Assembly: GCA_041662485.1 (NCBI GenBank)
Contig: JBAZSJ010000026.1
Location: 1,358-65,357, forward strand
Reading direction: 5' to 3'
DNA: 64,000 nt
Source of the DNA: Opitutaceae bacterium
GTDB lineage: Bacteria; Verrucomicrobiota; Verrucomicrobiia; Opitutales; Opitutaceae
Positions 28,601-38,166 of this stretch are shown here, piece after piece (positions within the stretch are counted from its first letter, which is position 1; each line of letters opens with the position of its first letter). Under the pieces are notes generated by a model that was given only the letters and a program-made list of their open reading frames with translations, was not told the origin of the DNA and did no database searches. The position numbers and the translations under genes were made by a program.

Positions 28601-31600
28601 CCGCCGCGTCTCGCTCTACAATTTCAGCGCCGGGGCCGAGGCGCGGTGGGATGACGTGTCCCTGCTCGACGAATACGGCGGCTGGCTCTCCGTCTCTCCC
28701 CGCTCGCTCACGCTGGCGGCGGGCGCGGAAACCGATGTCACGGTGACCATCGACTCCACGGACATGGCCGCCGCCACCCATTACGGCCGGCTGGATATCA
28801 TCTCGAACGATCCCTTGTCGCCGCGCACGACCGTGCCCGTAACGCTCGTCGTCCAGGCCGAGCCCAACACCCCTCCGGTCGCGACCTCCCGGACCTTGAC
28901 CATCAACGAGGACACGCCCGTCACCCTGACGCTCGACGGCACCGATGCCGAAAACAACCCGCTGACCGCGGTCATCGTATCGCTGCCCGCGTCCGGCACC
29001 CTCTACCAGACCAACGACGGCACCAGCCTCGGCGCGCCCATCACCTCCGTGCCCGTGGCCGTCACCGACATTTCGCGGCGCGTCATTTACGTGCCCGCCG
29101 CCAACGCCAACGGCGCCGCGCTCGCCGCCTTCCAGTTTTACCTGCGCGACCCGCGCAGCCAGTCCGCGCCGGCCACGATCACCATCACCGTCACCGCCGT
29201 GAACGACCTCCCCCTCGCCCGCGATGACCAGGCGGGCGTCGCCCCCGGCGAAGTTCTGGCGGCCATCGCCGTTCTCTCCAACGACACCGACGCCGACGGC
29301 GACCCTCTCTCCTTGGTGAGCGTCACCCAGGGCGCCCGCGGAACCGTGTCGATCAACCCCGCCGGCACGCTCCGCTATGAGCCGGCGGCCGGCTTCACCA
29401 GCGGCGCCGACCAGTTCAATTACACGGTGCAGGATGGCCGCGGCGGCACGGCAACCGCCCGTGTTTCCATCACGGTGGGACACCTCGCGGCCGGACCCTG
29501 GCCGATGATGGGCGGCAACCCCGCGCACACAGGATACTATCCCGCCGCGCTCGGCTCGGGTTCCTTCGTCGCCACTTGGACTCTTCCGTTCGGACGCTCG
29601 CTCAACCAAGCCTCCATCGCCGCTGGACGCGTCTTCGTGACGCCGAGCATTTACTTCAACGAAACCCACGTCACCGCCGTGCGGCTCGACAGCGGCACGG
29701 TCGAGTGGCGCAAGGATTTCACCACCGCCCGTTCACTGACCGGCCCGAGCTACCACGATGGCGTCATCTACCTGCAACGCGGCAATCATTCCTCCGACAG
29801 CCAGCTCTGGGCCCTCAACGCCGCCACGGGCGCCACGGTGTGGAGCAGCCCCTTTCAAGCCCAGTGGGAAGTTTACCAGCCGCCCACGGTGATCGACTCG
29901 GCCGTTTACATCAACGCCGGCTACTATGGTGGCATCTACGGCTACAATCGGAGCAGCGGAGCACAGCTCTTTTCCCAAAATCTGCCTCAAGAGGACGGTT
30001 GGACGCCGGCCTACTACAACGGAACGGTTTACTCCTTTGTCCGCGGAATTCTGACCGCGCACAATCCGACGACGGGTGCAGCCTTGTGGACTGTGAATGT
30101 CAAACCCGACACCAATTCCTACTCCGGCGGCACCAACACCGTGGCAATAGCCGAAAACTGCGCTTACTTCGTAAACAAACCCGCTACCGGCTCTGAGCTT
30201 GTGTGCGTTAATCTCGACACCCACTCAGTCGTCTGGCGTGTGGCGGCCACCTACTTCCAAGCCACCCCCGCGGTGGCCAACGGTGCGGTCTACGTCATCG
30301 ACGGCACCGCCGTGCGCTCCTACCGCACGTCCGACGGCGTCGCCCTCAAGGTCTTTTCCACCGGCACCGAAAACGCCAGCTATCAACCCATCGTCACCAA
30401 CGACGCGCTGATCGCCGCCAACGCCAACCGCGTGTGGATATGGGATCTCGCCACGCAAACCCAGCGGCAGACCTTCACCCCCGGCGGCATCGTCAGCATC
30501 TCCGACGGAAATCTCATCGTTGCCGGCTCGGGCGGCGTCCTCGCCTGCTACGGCATCACCGGCACGGGCCGCACTCCTCCTGTCGCGGTCGCCGCCACCG
30601 TCACCGGCACCGAGGACCAGGCCCTCCCGATCACGCTGCAAGGCACCGACGCCGACGGGGATACTCTCACCGCCATCATCACCAGCCTTCCTTCGGTGGG
30701 CACCCTCTGCCAAACCGATGACGGCGTCACTCCCGGCAACGCCATCCTCACGGTCCCGGCTGTCGTCACCCATCCCGGTCGCACGGTGATCTACAAGCCG
30801 CTGTCCGACGACTTCGGCACCGCCCGTGCCACCTTCTCCTTCCGCGTGCTCGACGGCGTGTTCAACTCCGCCCCCGCCAGCATCACCATCAACCTCACCG
30901 GGGTTAACGACGCCCCTCGCGCCCAGGACGACCAATACCGCATACGTCCCGGAGTTTCCCTCTCCACGTTCAACCCCGTGGCAAACGACCTGGATGCGGA
31001 CGGGGACACCCTGGTCATCACCGCGACCACCGCAGCCGCACATGGCACCATCGCCACCAACGCCGACGGCACCCTCCGCTACACCCCGAACGCCGGCTTC
31101 ATCTCGGGCACGGATACCTTCACCTACACCATCGCCGATGCCCTCGGGGTCACCTCGGGCGCCACCGTCACCTTCGAAATCACCACCGATTTCCGCGCCG
31201 ACTGGCCTACCCTTGGCGGCGCGCCCACCCATGCCGGTCATTACATCGGCGCCCTCGGAACCGCTCCTTTGACCGAACTCTGGACCTATCCCGTTGGAAC
31301 GGCCGTCAACGCCCCCGCCGTCGCGGACGGACGCGTCTATCTCACTGTTCAAGGCAACTGGTCCGGCTACATGCTCGCCATCGCCCTCGACACCGCCACC
31401 GGCGCCGAGGCCTGGCGGACGCAGTTCCTTCCCGGCAGCTCGCTCAATCCTCCGACTTGGTTTGCGAACAAAGTTTATCTCCAGCGGGGCAACCATTCTT
31501 CGGACAGCCAGCTTTTTGCCCTCGATGCCCGCACCGGCACCGAAGTCTGGCGCGCCCCCTTCACCGCACAGTGGGAGCGCTACCTCGCCCCTGCGGTGGA

Positions 31601-34600
31601 CGATTCCGGCGTCTACGTCGACGGTGGCTCCTACGGCGGCCTCTACGGTTTCCAAACCGCGACCGGCGTCCAGAAATTCTTCAATTCCTCGCTGGGGCAA
31701 TATGACCAGTGGACGCCCGCACTCGATGACGATGCGGGACTTTACTCATTCGTCATGGGTAAATTCCGCGCCCATGACCGGGCCACCGGCGCGATTCTCT
31801 GGACCATCGACTTCGGCTGGAACTGGGCGGGATATTCCATGGGTCGCAGCATCGCCTGTGCTGATGGCCTGGCTTATCTCATCAACGATCCGTCAACCGG
31901 AGGCCAGGATCTGGTCGCCATCGACCTCAGCACCCGCACCGTGAAATGGCGCGTAAGCGGCTCGTTCCGCGGCACGCCCGTCATCGCCAATGGCATTGTC
32001 TACGCTTCGTCCACGGGACGCATCCGCGCCTACAACTCCGGCTCGGGTCGCATGCTGCGCGAATACATCGCACCGACCGAAACCGGACTGCTGGCCACTC
32101 CGCTAGTGTCAGACGATCTCGTCATCGCGGCCTCTTCGACCAAGACCTATCTCTTCAACCTCGCCACGGGCGCGGTCGTTCAAACCCTGCCCGTGTCCGG
32201 GGAAATCGCCCTCGCCGACGACTCCCTGTTCCTGGCCGGCACCGACAACGTCATCCGTCGTTATGGTCGGGCCTCCGCGTCCAATCATGCGCCCGTCGCC
32301 TCGCCGCTGCACCTGTCCATCCTCGAAGAATCCTCCGTCGCGGTCAGCCTCGCCGGCACCGACAGCGATGGCGACGCGCTCCGTTTTGTCATCCGCACCT
32401 TGCCGGCCAAGGGCAGGCTCTACCAAACCCCCGACGGCCAGTCCAAAGGCACTCTCATCACCACCGTCCCCGCCTTGGTTTCACACTCCAGCGGCACGGT
32501 CATCTACGAGGCTCCCCTCGATCTCTCCGGCACGGCGGCAGGCGGCTTCACTTACACCGCCAACGATTACGCGGCCACTTCGACATCCGCCGCCGTCGTC
32601 ATCGACATCACGCCGGTCAACGACGCTCCGGTTGCGGTGCCGGATACCATGGCCATCCGCCCCGGCGAGGTCCTCGCCAATTTCCGTCCCGAAGCCAATG
32701 ACCGAGATCCCGACGGTGACCCCCTCACGGTCACATCCTTCACCCAGCCCGCACATGGCTCGGTCGTCGCCAGTGCCGACGGCACCCTGCAATACACCGC
32801 CGAAGCCGGCTTCATCGAGGGCGATGACGCCTTTGCCTACACCATTTCGGATCCGGCCGGCCTCACGTCGACCGCCACGGTCAGCATCATCGTCAGCGCC
32901 ACCCGTGGACGCGACTGGCCCATGTTCGGCGCCGGCCCCGCCCACGCCGGCTACCTCCCGCTCAACCTGGGATCCGCCACCTTCAGCCAACGCTGGGCCA
33001 ACAATCTCGGGCAGGTCCCCCTACACCTTGCCGTCGCCGACAACCGGGTGTTCGCCAGCTTCAATGTTTATCACGTCGATTCGAAGCTTGTCTCCCTCGA
33101 CGCCGGCTCCGGTGCGGAAACATGGCGGGTAAACCATACCGGAATAGCCGCCCTCAATCCGCCCGCCTATCAAGGCGGTCGCGTCTACATGCAGGTGGGC
33201 AACTCCTCCTCCAGCCGCCTCCATGCCGTGCGGGCCGACACCGGAACAGCCGTCTGGTCTGCGCCCTTCTCTGCCCAATGGGAGCACTACCTTTCACCCA
33301 CCGTTGACGACTCCGGTGTCTTCATAAACGGCGGTTACTATGGCGGCATTTATCGCTTCAATCGCGACACTGGGGCGCAAACGTTCTTCCTCGGTCTTGA
33401 TCAATACGATGGATGGACGCCACTACGTCATCAAGGCGGTCTCTACTCCTTCGTAACGGGAATCCTTCGCAGTCATAACCCCGAAACCGGTGCCATACTC
33501 AAAACGCTGACTCTCGGTTGGAACTGGGCGGGCTATACCATGAACCGCACCATCGCCGCCGAGTCCGGCGTCGGTTTTCTCGTCAACGACGCCGTCACCA
33601 TCCCGGCGGGCGGACGCGATCTGACGGCCGTCGATCTCGCCACCCTCACCGTCAAGTGGACCGCCCGCGACACCAAGTTCACCGGCACGCCCGCCGTCGC
33701 CAACGGCGTGGTCTACGTCCTCGCCCAAAACTCCGTCCAAGCCTTCTCCGCCGCCGACGGCCGTCTGCTTCGCACGTATGTCGCCACAGGCGAGACCAAT
33801 CTCCAGTGGCAGCCGATCGTCACCAGCGACACCCTCATCGCCTACTCTCCGACGAAGACCTACCTCTTCAACCTCTTCGACGGCGCTCTCCGCCAGACCA
33901 TCCCCTACGGCGGTCATGTCAGCCTCGCCGGCGACAGCCTCTACATCGGCAGCTCCGACAATTACGTCCGCGCCTTTGGCATACCCGACACGTTGAACCA
34001 CCCTCCCGTCGCACTTCCGGCGACCGTGAGAACCAACGAGGACACGCCCGTCGCCATCACCCTTGAAGCCACGGATGCGGACGGCCAAGCACTCACCTGC
34101 TCCATCACCCGCCTGCCCGCGCAGGGCACGCTTCACTGGACCAGCGACGGCGTCACCCCCGGCGCAGCCATCGTCAACACACCCGCCCTTGCCGGAGCCG
34201 CACCCTGCCGCGTTCTTTATGTCCCGCCTCCCGATGTCTCCGGCGACAACCTCGGCGATTTCCGTTTCGCCGCCAGCGATGGTCGCTCGCTGTCCGCCGA
34301 AGCCCTCGTCTCCCTGCATGTCACCCCGGTCAACGACGCACCCGTCGCCGAACCAGACTTCCGCGTGATCCAGCCCGGCCAGATCCTCAGCCCTGTGCGC
34401 GAACTCGCCAACGACCTCGACGTGGACGGCGACGTATTGTCCATCGTGTCATATACCCAGCCCGCCCAAGGAGGCATCGTCATCACAAATACGGACGGAA
34501 CCCTGCGTTTCCATCCGCCTCATGACGCGACCACCGGCACCTACACGTTCGACTACACCATAGCCGACATCCACAACGTCCGCTCCACCTCCACCGTCAC

Positions 34601-36362
34601 CATCAGTCTTTCCGCCAACATCACGGGAACCTGGCCCACCCAAGGCGGCGGTTCGGCACGCTCCGGCTACGCTCCGGTCACCCTCGGCCACAGCGCTTAC
34701 GCCGCACGTTGGTCGCGCACCATCGGATCGTCACTGACCGCCGCCGCCGTCGGCGACGGCCTCGTCTTCGTCTCTACCCAGCGCCCCTCCGGCCCCGCGC
34801 TGGTGGCCCTCGATGAACGCACCGGCACGCCCCGCTGGGAACACGTCTTCTCCGCCGCCTTCTCCCTGAATCCGCCCACGCATGATCGCGGCGTCGTCTA
34901 CGTCCAGCGCGGCAATCATTCCAGCGACACCCAGCTCTGGGCCCTCTCCGCCCCCACCGGCGCCACGCTCTGGAGCGGCGCCCACGCCGCCCAATGGGAA
35001 CGCTACCTCGCCCCTCTTGTGATGGGTGACGGCGTCTTCGTAAACGGCGGCAGCTACGGCGGGCTTTACGGCTTCCAGCGCGCCTCCGGGTCGCAACGGT
35101 TCTTCCGCTCCCTCCAGCAAATGGACCAGTGGACGCCCGCCGCCTCGCCCGCGGGAGAAATCCTCACCTTCGTCGGCGGCGTGGTCACCCGTCACAACGA
35201 CACGACCGGCGCCACCGATTGGTCGCTGAATCTCGGCTGGGGCGGCTTCGGCTACTCCATGAACCGCACCCTCGCCATCGAAGACCGCCGGGCCTTTGTG
35301 ATCAACGACAGCCCCACCACGGTCTACAACGACGAGGATCTGGTCGCCGTCGACCTGGACACCCGCGCCTCGCTCTGGTCGGTCAACGGCCAGTTCACCG
35401 GCACGCCCGCCGTCGCCCAAGGCGTCGTCTACGCGATCTCCGGCAACCTGGTCCAGGCCCGCTCCGCCACCACCGGACGCCTGCTCTCCGTGTTCACCGC
35501 CGCCACCGGGGAGTCCCTCACCGGCCAGCCCGTGGTCACCGAGGACCTCGTGATCGCCTCGTCCTCCCTGCGCACCTACCTCTTCAACCGCCACGACCGC
35601 TCGGTCGTGCAGGTGCTCCCCGTCGGCGGCGCCGTGAGCGTCGCCGACGACCAGATCCTGATCGCCAACGCGTCGACCGGGATTCTCTCCGTCTACGCGA
35701 CCCAGCCCGCCATCAGCTTCAGTCCCGCCGGGGGCAGTTTCGCCGAACCCGTCCTCATCACCCTCGGCGCCCGCGAGCCGGGGGCGCGCATCTACTACAC
35801 GCTTGATGGCACCGCTCCCGATTTCACCAGCCCCTGGGTGTCCTCCGGCGCCTCCGTGCTCATGAAATGGACCGGCAAGGTCCGCGCCATCATGGTCTCC
35901 GGCAGCGCCGTCAGCCGCATCAACGAGGTCTCCGTCACCATGCTCGACGCCGACGTCGACGGCATACCCGACTGGTGGGAAACCGCCCGCTTCGGCGGCA
36001 CCGGCGTCACCTCCGGCAACAAAGACACCGACGGCGACGGCAGCACCGACCGCGACGAGTTCCTCGCCGGCACCGATCCGTTTGACTCCCGGGACACCCT
36101 CGCCGTCAGCAGCACCCGCCTGAGCAGCGACGGCATCTCGTCTCTCGACGCAAGCGGCCCGTCCCTTGTCATCAGCTGGCCGTCCAAAGCCGACCGTTAC
36201 TACATCGTCGAAGCCACCTCCGATCTCAAGACATGGGTCCCCGTCTCCGACCCCATGCTGGGCACGGACGGCACGCTTTCCCATGTGCATCCTCTGGTCG
36301 GCTCGTCCCGCGTTTTCCTGCGCGTGCGAGTGCTGCCCCTGCTCATCGAATCGGCTCCTTGA
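25632..36362 (+). CDS. Giant secreted/surface S8 subtilase (3576 aa) with Ig-like repeats and four PQQ-like beta-propellers
   Basis: N-terminal hydrophobic segment; triad motifs VAVIDTGID, HGTHCAGTI and GTSMATPHVSG plus AAAGN; four Ig/Ig/propeller units; C-terminal DGIPDWWE...DTDGDG...EFLAGTDP. Confidence 0.93.
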   Translation: MKIPRGVYPFLVIALFVLGLIGLYRIKLASSAPDAPVVASTAPAAAPAGSQPPTVREEKAPVSPPAQSEQKVASGQTAQDEILARARLMKERSTAPNADGRFEKVRLFELPDTKYPYVRVEEVWRRDPASNRDELERRTLMVADHLVVKLSATATPDDLARFIGAVGAKTRRQVGKSRVYLVATPGVGLDEYEVTRDFLRGSGSPLAYVEPDYLVQALRTPNDPAFSHLWGLNNLGQTGGVGDADIDAPEAWDVTRGSTNVTVAVIDTGIDYAHPDLAANIWTNPGEIPGNGIDDDHNGYVDDVHGWDFINNDRDPTDDHYHGTHCAGTIGAVGDNGIGVVGVSPSVKLMALKFLGLSGGYTSDAIEAVDYATANGARITSNSWGGGGYSQALKDSIDESAQAGVLFVAAAGNSSCNNDQTSHYPSSYLSPNIVAVAATNHRDELASFSSYGATTVDLAAPGVDIYSSSPGGGYRYLSGTSMATPHVSGAAALLLATRPDWQWDDLKAALLASCDPVPALKGKVVTGGRLNIARAILLNTGPYVALNSVALDDSVAGGGNGNGDGIASPGETLAIRLRVQNTGSENAAGVATTASLPNNSGQATLVRASESWGSLAPGQSRGNDATPLLVSISPSVATPHTLNLRFTTTDGAGGSWTTETSCVVNRVSTVTGRVLTLSGAAPLANAVVAYAGASTGQSVTNATGDYVLRLVEGDYTLTAGAAGYNASAPVSLRVPPDAQTVDFSLGRSRLTVSPSAISSTQLENRTTNHPLHLANTGDIPLTVTLSASALASASSSISAIVPANAFARAAATSASEVPDSSPPPSTSVDAASGIPVTDDFEDGVLDGWTSGLGSGERTIDTAFSAHGARSFRFRNTSGNAHYNGIQRDLPAASRPKSASFWIRPGTTVDASSYFVLGDLSGDTIFFFARDNGCLYINADVGGDNSYPYQAGAWYHIEFRNINWDTRRFDYHVNGAAVKTSIPFRRASTEIRRVSLYNFSAGAEARWDDVSLLDEYGGWLSVSPRSLTLAAGAETDVTVTIDSTDMAAATHYGRLDIISNDPLSPRTTVPVTLVVQAEPNTPPVATSRTLTINEDTPVTLTLDGTDAENNPLTAVIVSLPASGTLYQTNDGTSLGAPITSVPVAVTDISRRVIYVPAANANGAALAAFQFYLRDPRSQSAPATITITVTAVNDLPLARDDQAGVAPGEVLAAIAVLSNDTDADGDPLSLVSVTQGARGTVSINPAGTLRYEPAAGFTSGADQFNYTVQDGRGGTATARVSITVGHLAAGPWPMMGGNPAHTGYYPAALGSGSFVATWTLPFGRSLNQASIAAGRVFVTPSIYFNETHVTAVRLDSGTVEWRKDFTTARSLTGPSYHDGVIYLQRGNHSSDSQLWALNAATGATVWSSPFQAQWEVYQPPTVIDSAVYINAGYYGGIYGYNRSSGAQLFSQNLPQEDGWTPAYYNGTVYSFVRGILTAHNPTTGAALWTVNVKPDTNSYSGGTNTVAIAENCAYFVNKPATGSELVCVNLDTHSVVWRVAATYFQATPAVANGAVYVIDGTAVRSYRTSDGVALKVFSTGTENASYQPIVTNDALIAANANRVWIWDLATQTQRQTFTPGGIVSISDGNLIVAGSGGVLACYGITGTGRTPPVAVAATVTGTEDQALPITLQGTDADGDTLTAIITSLPSVGTLCQTDDGVTPGNAILTVPAVVTHPGRTVIYKPLSDDFGTARATFSFRVLDGVFNSAPASITINLTGVNDAPRAQDDQYRIRPGVSLSTFNPVANDLDADGDTLVITATTAAAHGTIATNADGTLRYTPNAGFISGTDTFTYTIADALGVTSGATVTFEITTDFRADWPTLGGAPTHAGHYIGALGTAPLTELWTYPVGTAVNAPAVADGRVYLTVQGNWSGYMLAIALDTATGAEAWRTQFLPGSSLNPPTWFANKVYLQRGNHSSDSQLFALDARTGTEVWRAPFTAQWERYLAPAVDDSGVYVDGGSYGGLYGFQTATGVQKFFNSSLGQYDQWTPALDDDAGLYSFVMGKFRAHDRATGAILWTIDFGWNWAGYSMGRSIACADGLAYLINDPSTGGQDLVAIDLSTRTVKWRVSGSFRGTPVIANGIVYASSTGRIRAYNSGSGRMLREYIAPTETGLLATPLVSDDLVIAASSTKTYLFNLATGAVVQTLPVSGEIALADDSLFLAGTDNVIRRYGRASASNHAPVASPLHLSILEESSVAVSLAGTDSDGDALRFVIRTLPAKGRLYQTPDGQSKGTLITTVPALVSHSSGTVIYEAPLDLSGTAAGGFTYTANDYAATSTSAAVVIDITPVNDAPVAVPDTMAIRPGEVLANFRPEANDRDPDGDPLTVTSFTQPAHGSVVASADGTLQYTAEAGFIEGDDAFAYTISDPAGLTSTATVSIIVSATRGRDWPMFGAGPAHAGYLPLNLGSATFSQRWANNLGQVPLHLAVADNRVFASFNVYHVDSKLVSLDAGSGAETWRVNHTGIAALNPPAYQGGRVYMQVGNSSSSRLHAVRADTGTAVWSAPFSAQWEHYLSPTVDDSGVFINGGYYGGIYRFNRDTGAQTFFLGLDQYDGWTPLRHQGGLYSFVTGILRSHNPETGAILKTLTLGWNWAGYTMNRTIAAESGVGFLVNDAVTIPAGGRDLTAVDLATLTVKWTARDTKFTGTPAVANGVVYVLAQNSVQAFSAADGRLLRTYVATGETNLQWQPIVTSDTLIAYSPTKTYLFNLFDGALRQTIPYGGHVSLAGDSLYIGSSDNYVRAFGIPDTLNHPPVALPATVRTNEDTPVAITLEATDADGQALTCSITRLPAQGTLHWTSDGVTPGAAIVNTPALAGAAPCRVLYVPPPDVSGDNLGDFRFAASDGRSLSAEALVSLHVTPVNDAPVAEPDFRVIQPGQILSPVRELANDLDVDGDVLSIVSYTQPAQGGIVITNTDGTLRFHPPHDATTGTYTFDYTIADIHNVRSTSTVTISLSANITGTWPTQGGGSARSGYAPVTLGHSAYAARWSRTIGSSLTAAAVGDGLVFVSTQRPSGPALVALDERTGTPRWEHVFSAAFSLNPPTHDRGVVYVQRGNHSSDTQLWALSAPTGATLWSGAHAAQWERYLAPLVMGDGVFVNGGSYGGLYGFQRASGSQRFFRSLQQMDQWTPAASPAGEILTFVGGVVTRHNDTTGATDWSLNLGWGGFGYSMNRTLAIEDRRAFVINDSPTTVYNDEDLVAVDLDTRASLWSVNGQFTGTPAVAQGVVYAISGNLVQARSATTGRLLSVFTAATGESLTGQPVVTEDLVIASSSLRTYLFNRHDRSVVQVLPVGGAVSVADDQILIANASTGILSVYATQPAISFSPAGGSFAEPVLITLGAREPGARIYYTLDGTAPDFTSPWVSSGASVLMKWTGKVRAIMVSGSAVSRINEVSVTMLDADVDGIPDWWETARFGGTGVTSGNKDTDGDGSTDRDEFLAGTDPFDSRDTLAVSSTRLSSDGISSLDASGPSLVISWPSKADRYYIVEATSDLKTWVPVSDPMLGTDGTLSHVHPLVGSSRVFLRVRVLPLLIESAP

Positions 36363-36458
36363 TGGCGCTTGCCGCCCCGACACCCTGCTTCATCAACAGG
36401 CAGGCAAAATCACCGGCACGCCTCCGTAGGGAGGCCGCCGGTGATCGCATGCCGCGCC

Positions 36459-37532
36459 ATGAAAGACCTCTTCAACGCCGACCTCTACCGCACCCTCGCC
36501 GCCTCGCTGGCCCGGCTGTCTCCCGACTTCGACTCCGCACGCTTCCTTGAACACGCCCTGACCGGCCTCGCCGACCGCGAGCTCATGCCTCGCATGCGCC
36601 GCACCACGGAAGCCGTCGCCCTCGCGCTTCCACTTCCCTACCGCGAACAACTCATCGTCCTCCGCGCCCTCGCCCCCCGCATCCCCTCCGGCTTCGTCTG
36701 CATCTTCCTCGCCGACTTCGTCGCCCAGCACGGACTCGAAGACTTCGACGCTTCCCTCGAAGCCCTCCGCTTCTTCACCCGCTTCGGCTCCTCCGAATTC
36801 GCCATCCGCCCCTTCATCGAGCGCGACCAACTCCGCACCCTCGCCGTCATGCGCGAGTGGTCCTTGTCCGACGACGAACACGTCCGCCGCCTCGCCAGCG
36901 AAGGCTCCCGCCCGCGCCTGCCGTGGGGCCGCCGGCTCACCGCGTTCGTCACCGATCCGTCTCCCGCGTTCCCCATCCTGGAAACCCTCCGCGCCGATCC
37001 GTCGCTCTACGTCCGCAAGTCCGTCGCCAACCACCTCAACGACATCGCCAAGGACCATCCCGAAACCGCCCTCGACCTCGTCTCCACCTGGGACCGCTCC
37101 GTCCCGCATACCGCGTGGATCATCCGCCACGCCCTGCGCACGCTCATCAAGCGCGGACACCCCCGCGCCCTAGCGCTCATCGGCGCCGGCACCGCCGCCA
37201 AACTCGACGTCGCACGCTTCGCCGCATCGCCCCGCAAACTCGTCCTTGGCGAAGCCCTCACGCTGACAGCCACGCTCACCTCGCGCGCCGCCAAATCCCA
37301 GCGCCTCGTGATCGACTACGTCCTCCACTACGCCCGCTCCGGCAAAGTCTCCGTCAAGATTTTCAAATGGAAGACCCTCGATCTCCCTCCCCGCGCCACC
37401 GTCACGCTCACCAAGCACCAGGTCATCCGCGATTTCAGCACCCGCCGACACCACGCCGGCCGGCACAAAATCGAACTCCAAATCAACGGCCGCCGCCTCG
37501 CCGAGACCGCCTTCACGCTCTCCTGTCCGTAA
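36459..37532 (+). CDS. alkC: DNA alkylation repair glycosylase, AlkC-like (HEAT repeats plus C-terminal Ig-like domain)
   Basis: SSEFAIRPF, RRLASEGSRPRLPW and YVRKSVANHLND motifs. Confidence 0.82.
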   Translation: MKDLFNADLYRTLAASLARLSPDFDSARFLEHALTGLADRELMPRMRRTTEAVALALPLPYREQLIVLRALAPRIPSGFVCIFLADFVAQHGLEDFDASLEALRFFTRFGSSEFAIRPFIERDQLRTLAVMREWSLSDDEHVRRLASEGSRPRLPWGRRLTAFVTDPSPAFPILETLRADPSLYVRKSVANHLNDIAKDHPETALDLVSTWDRSVPHTAWIIRHALRTLIKRGHPRALALIGAGTAAKLDVARFAASPRKLVLGEALTLTATLTSRAAKSQRLVIDYVLHYARSGKVSVKIFKWKTLDLPPRATVTLTKHQVIRDFSTRRHHAGRHKIELQINGRRLAETAFTLSCP

Positions 37533-37545
37533 AACATCAAACCGT

Positions 37546-37630
37546 TTAACCACTGATCTGCACTTATCATCACTTATTTTAGAAAATGATTTTTCGGCAT
37601 CAGTGTTCATCAGTGCCCATCAGTGGTTAA
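37546..37630. repeat. 10-bp-periodic inverted repeat (CACTGAT/ATCAGTG heptamers)
   Basis: cactgat, cacttat, cacttat at 37551/37561/37571; atcagtg at 37599/37609/37619; outer arms ttaaccactgat and atcagtggttaa. Confidence 0.75.
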
Positions 37631-37677
37631 AAATTCCGTGTCTTGCCCGCCTCGGCATTCTCACCCATCCTCCGCTC

Positions 37678-37926
37678 ATGGACTTACGCCCCATCATCAC
37701 CGAAATCGCCAGCCAGGCGGACGACTTTCTCGACGGCGTGACCGACCGCAAGGAAGCGCGCGCCGGCATCGCCGAGTTCATCACGATGGATTATCCGCAG
37801 CTAAACCCCGCCGACCGCAAAATCGTGAGCGACCACGTCATGGCCGTCCTTGAGGACGAGAGCTTTTTCAACGGCGGCTACGCCGGCCACTCCTTCGACG
37901 ACGAAAGCGAAGCCGAGGAGGAGTGA
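37678..37926 (+). CDS. Small acidic hypothetical protein (82 aa)
   Basis: MDLRPIITEIASQADDFLDG...ESEAEEE with host-like codon usage. Confidence 0.75.
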   Translation: MDLRPIITEIASQADDFLDGVTDRKEARAGIAEFITMDYPQLNPADRKIVSDHVMAVLEDESFFNGGYAGHSFDDESEAEEE

Positions 37927-38132
37927 TACCATTTCGCATTCAAACACATAAGAATGTGTGCATTGAGGGTAGGGCGAACCGTCCCGGTGAGCCGCGGCTC
38001 GGCGGGACGCCTCGCCCTACCTTTTGATACCTTTGAATGAGAAATGGTATGAGGTAGGGACGTGCCATCCGGTTCGACGTGGGAGCGAGCTTGCTCGCGA
38101 TGTTCGATCCTCGCGAGCAAGCTCGCTCCCAC
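37926..38132. repeat. REP cluster: AT-rich inverted repeat enclosing a family B doublet, followed by a family A doublet
   Basis: Outer IR 37926-37944 / 38032-38050 (18/19 match), B doublet 37968-38021, A doublet 38079-38132. Confidence 0.85.
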
Positions 38133-38166
38133 CTTCCCCCCATTCATGGCAAGCCCATCGCGCGCC

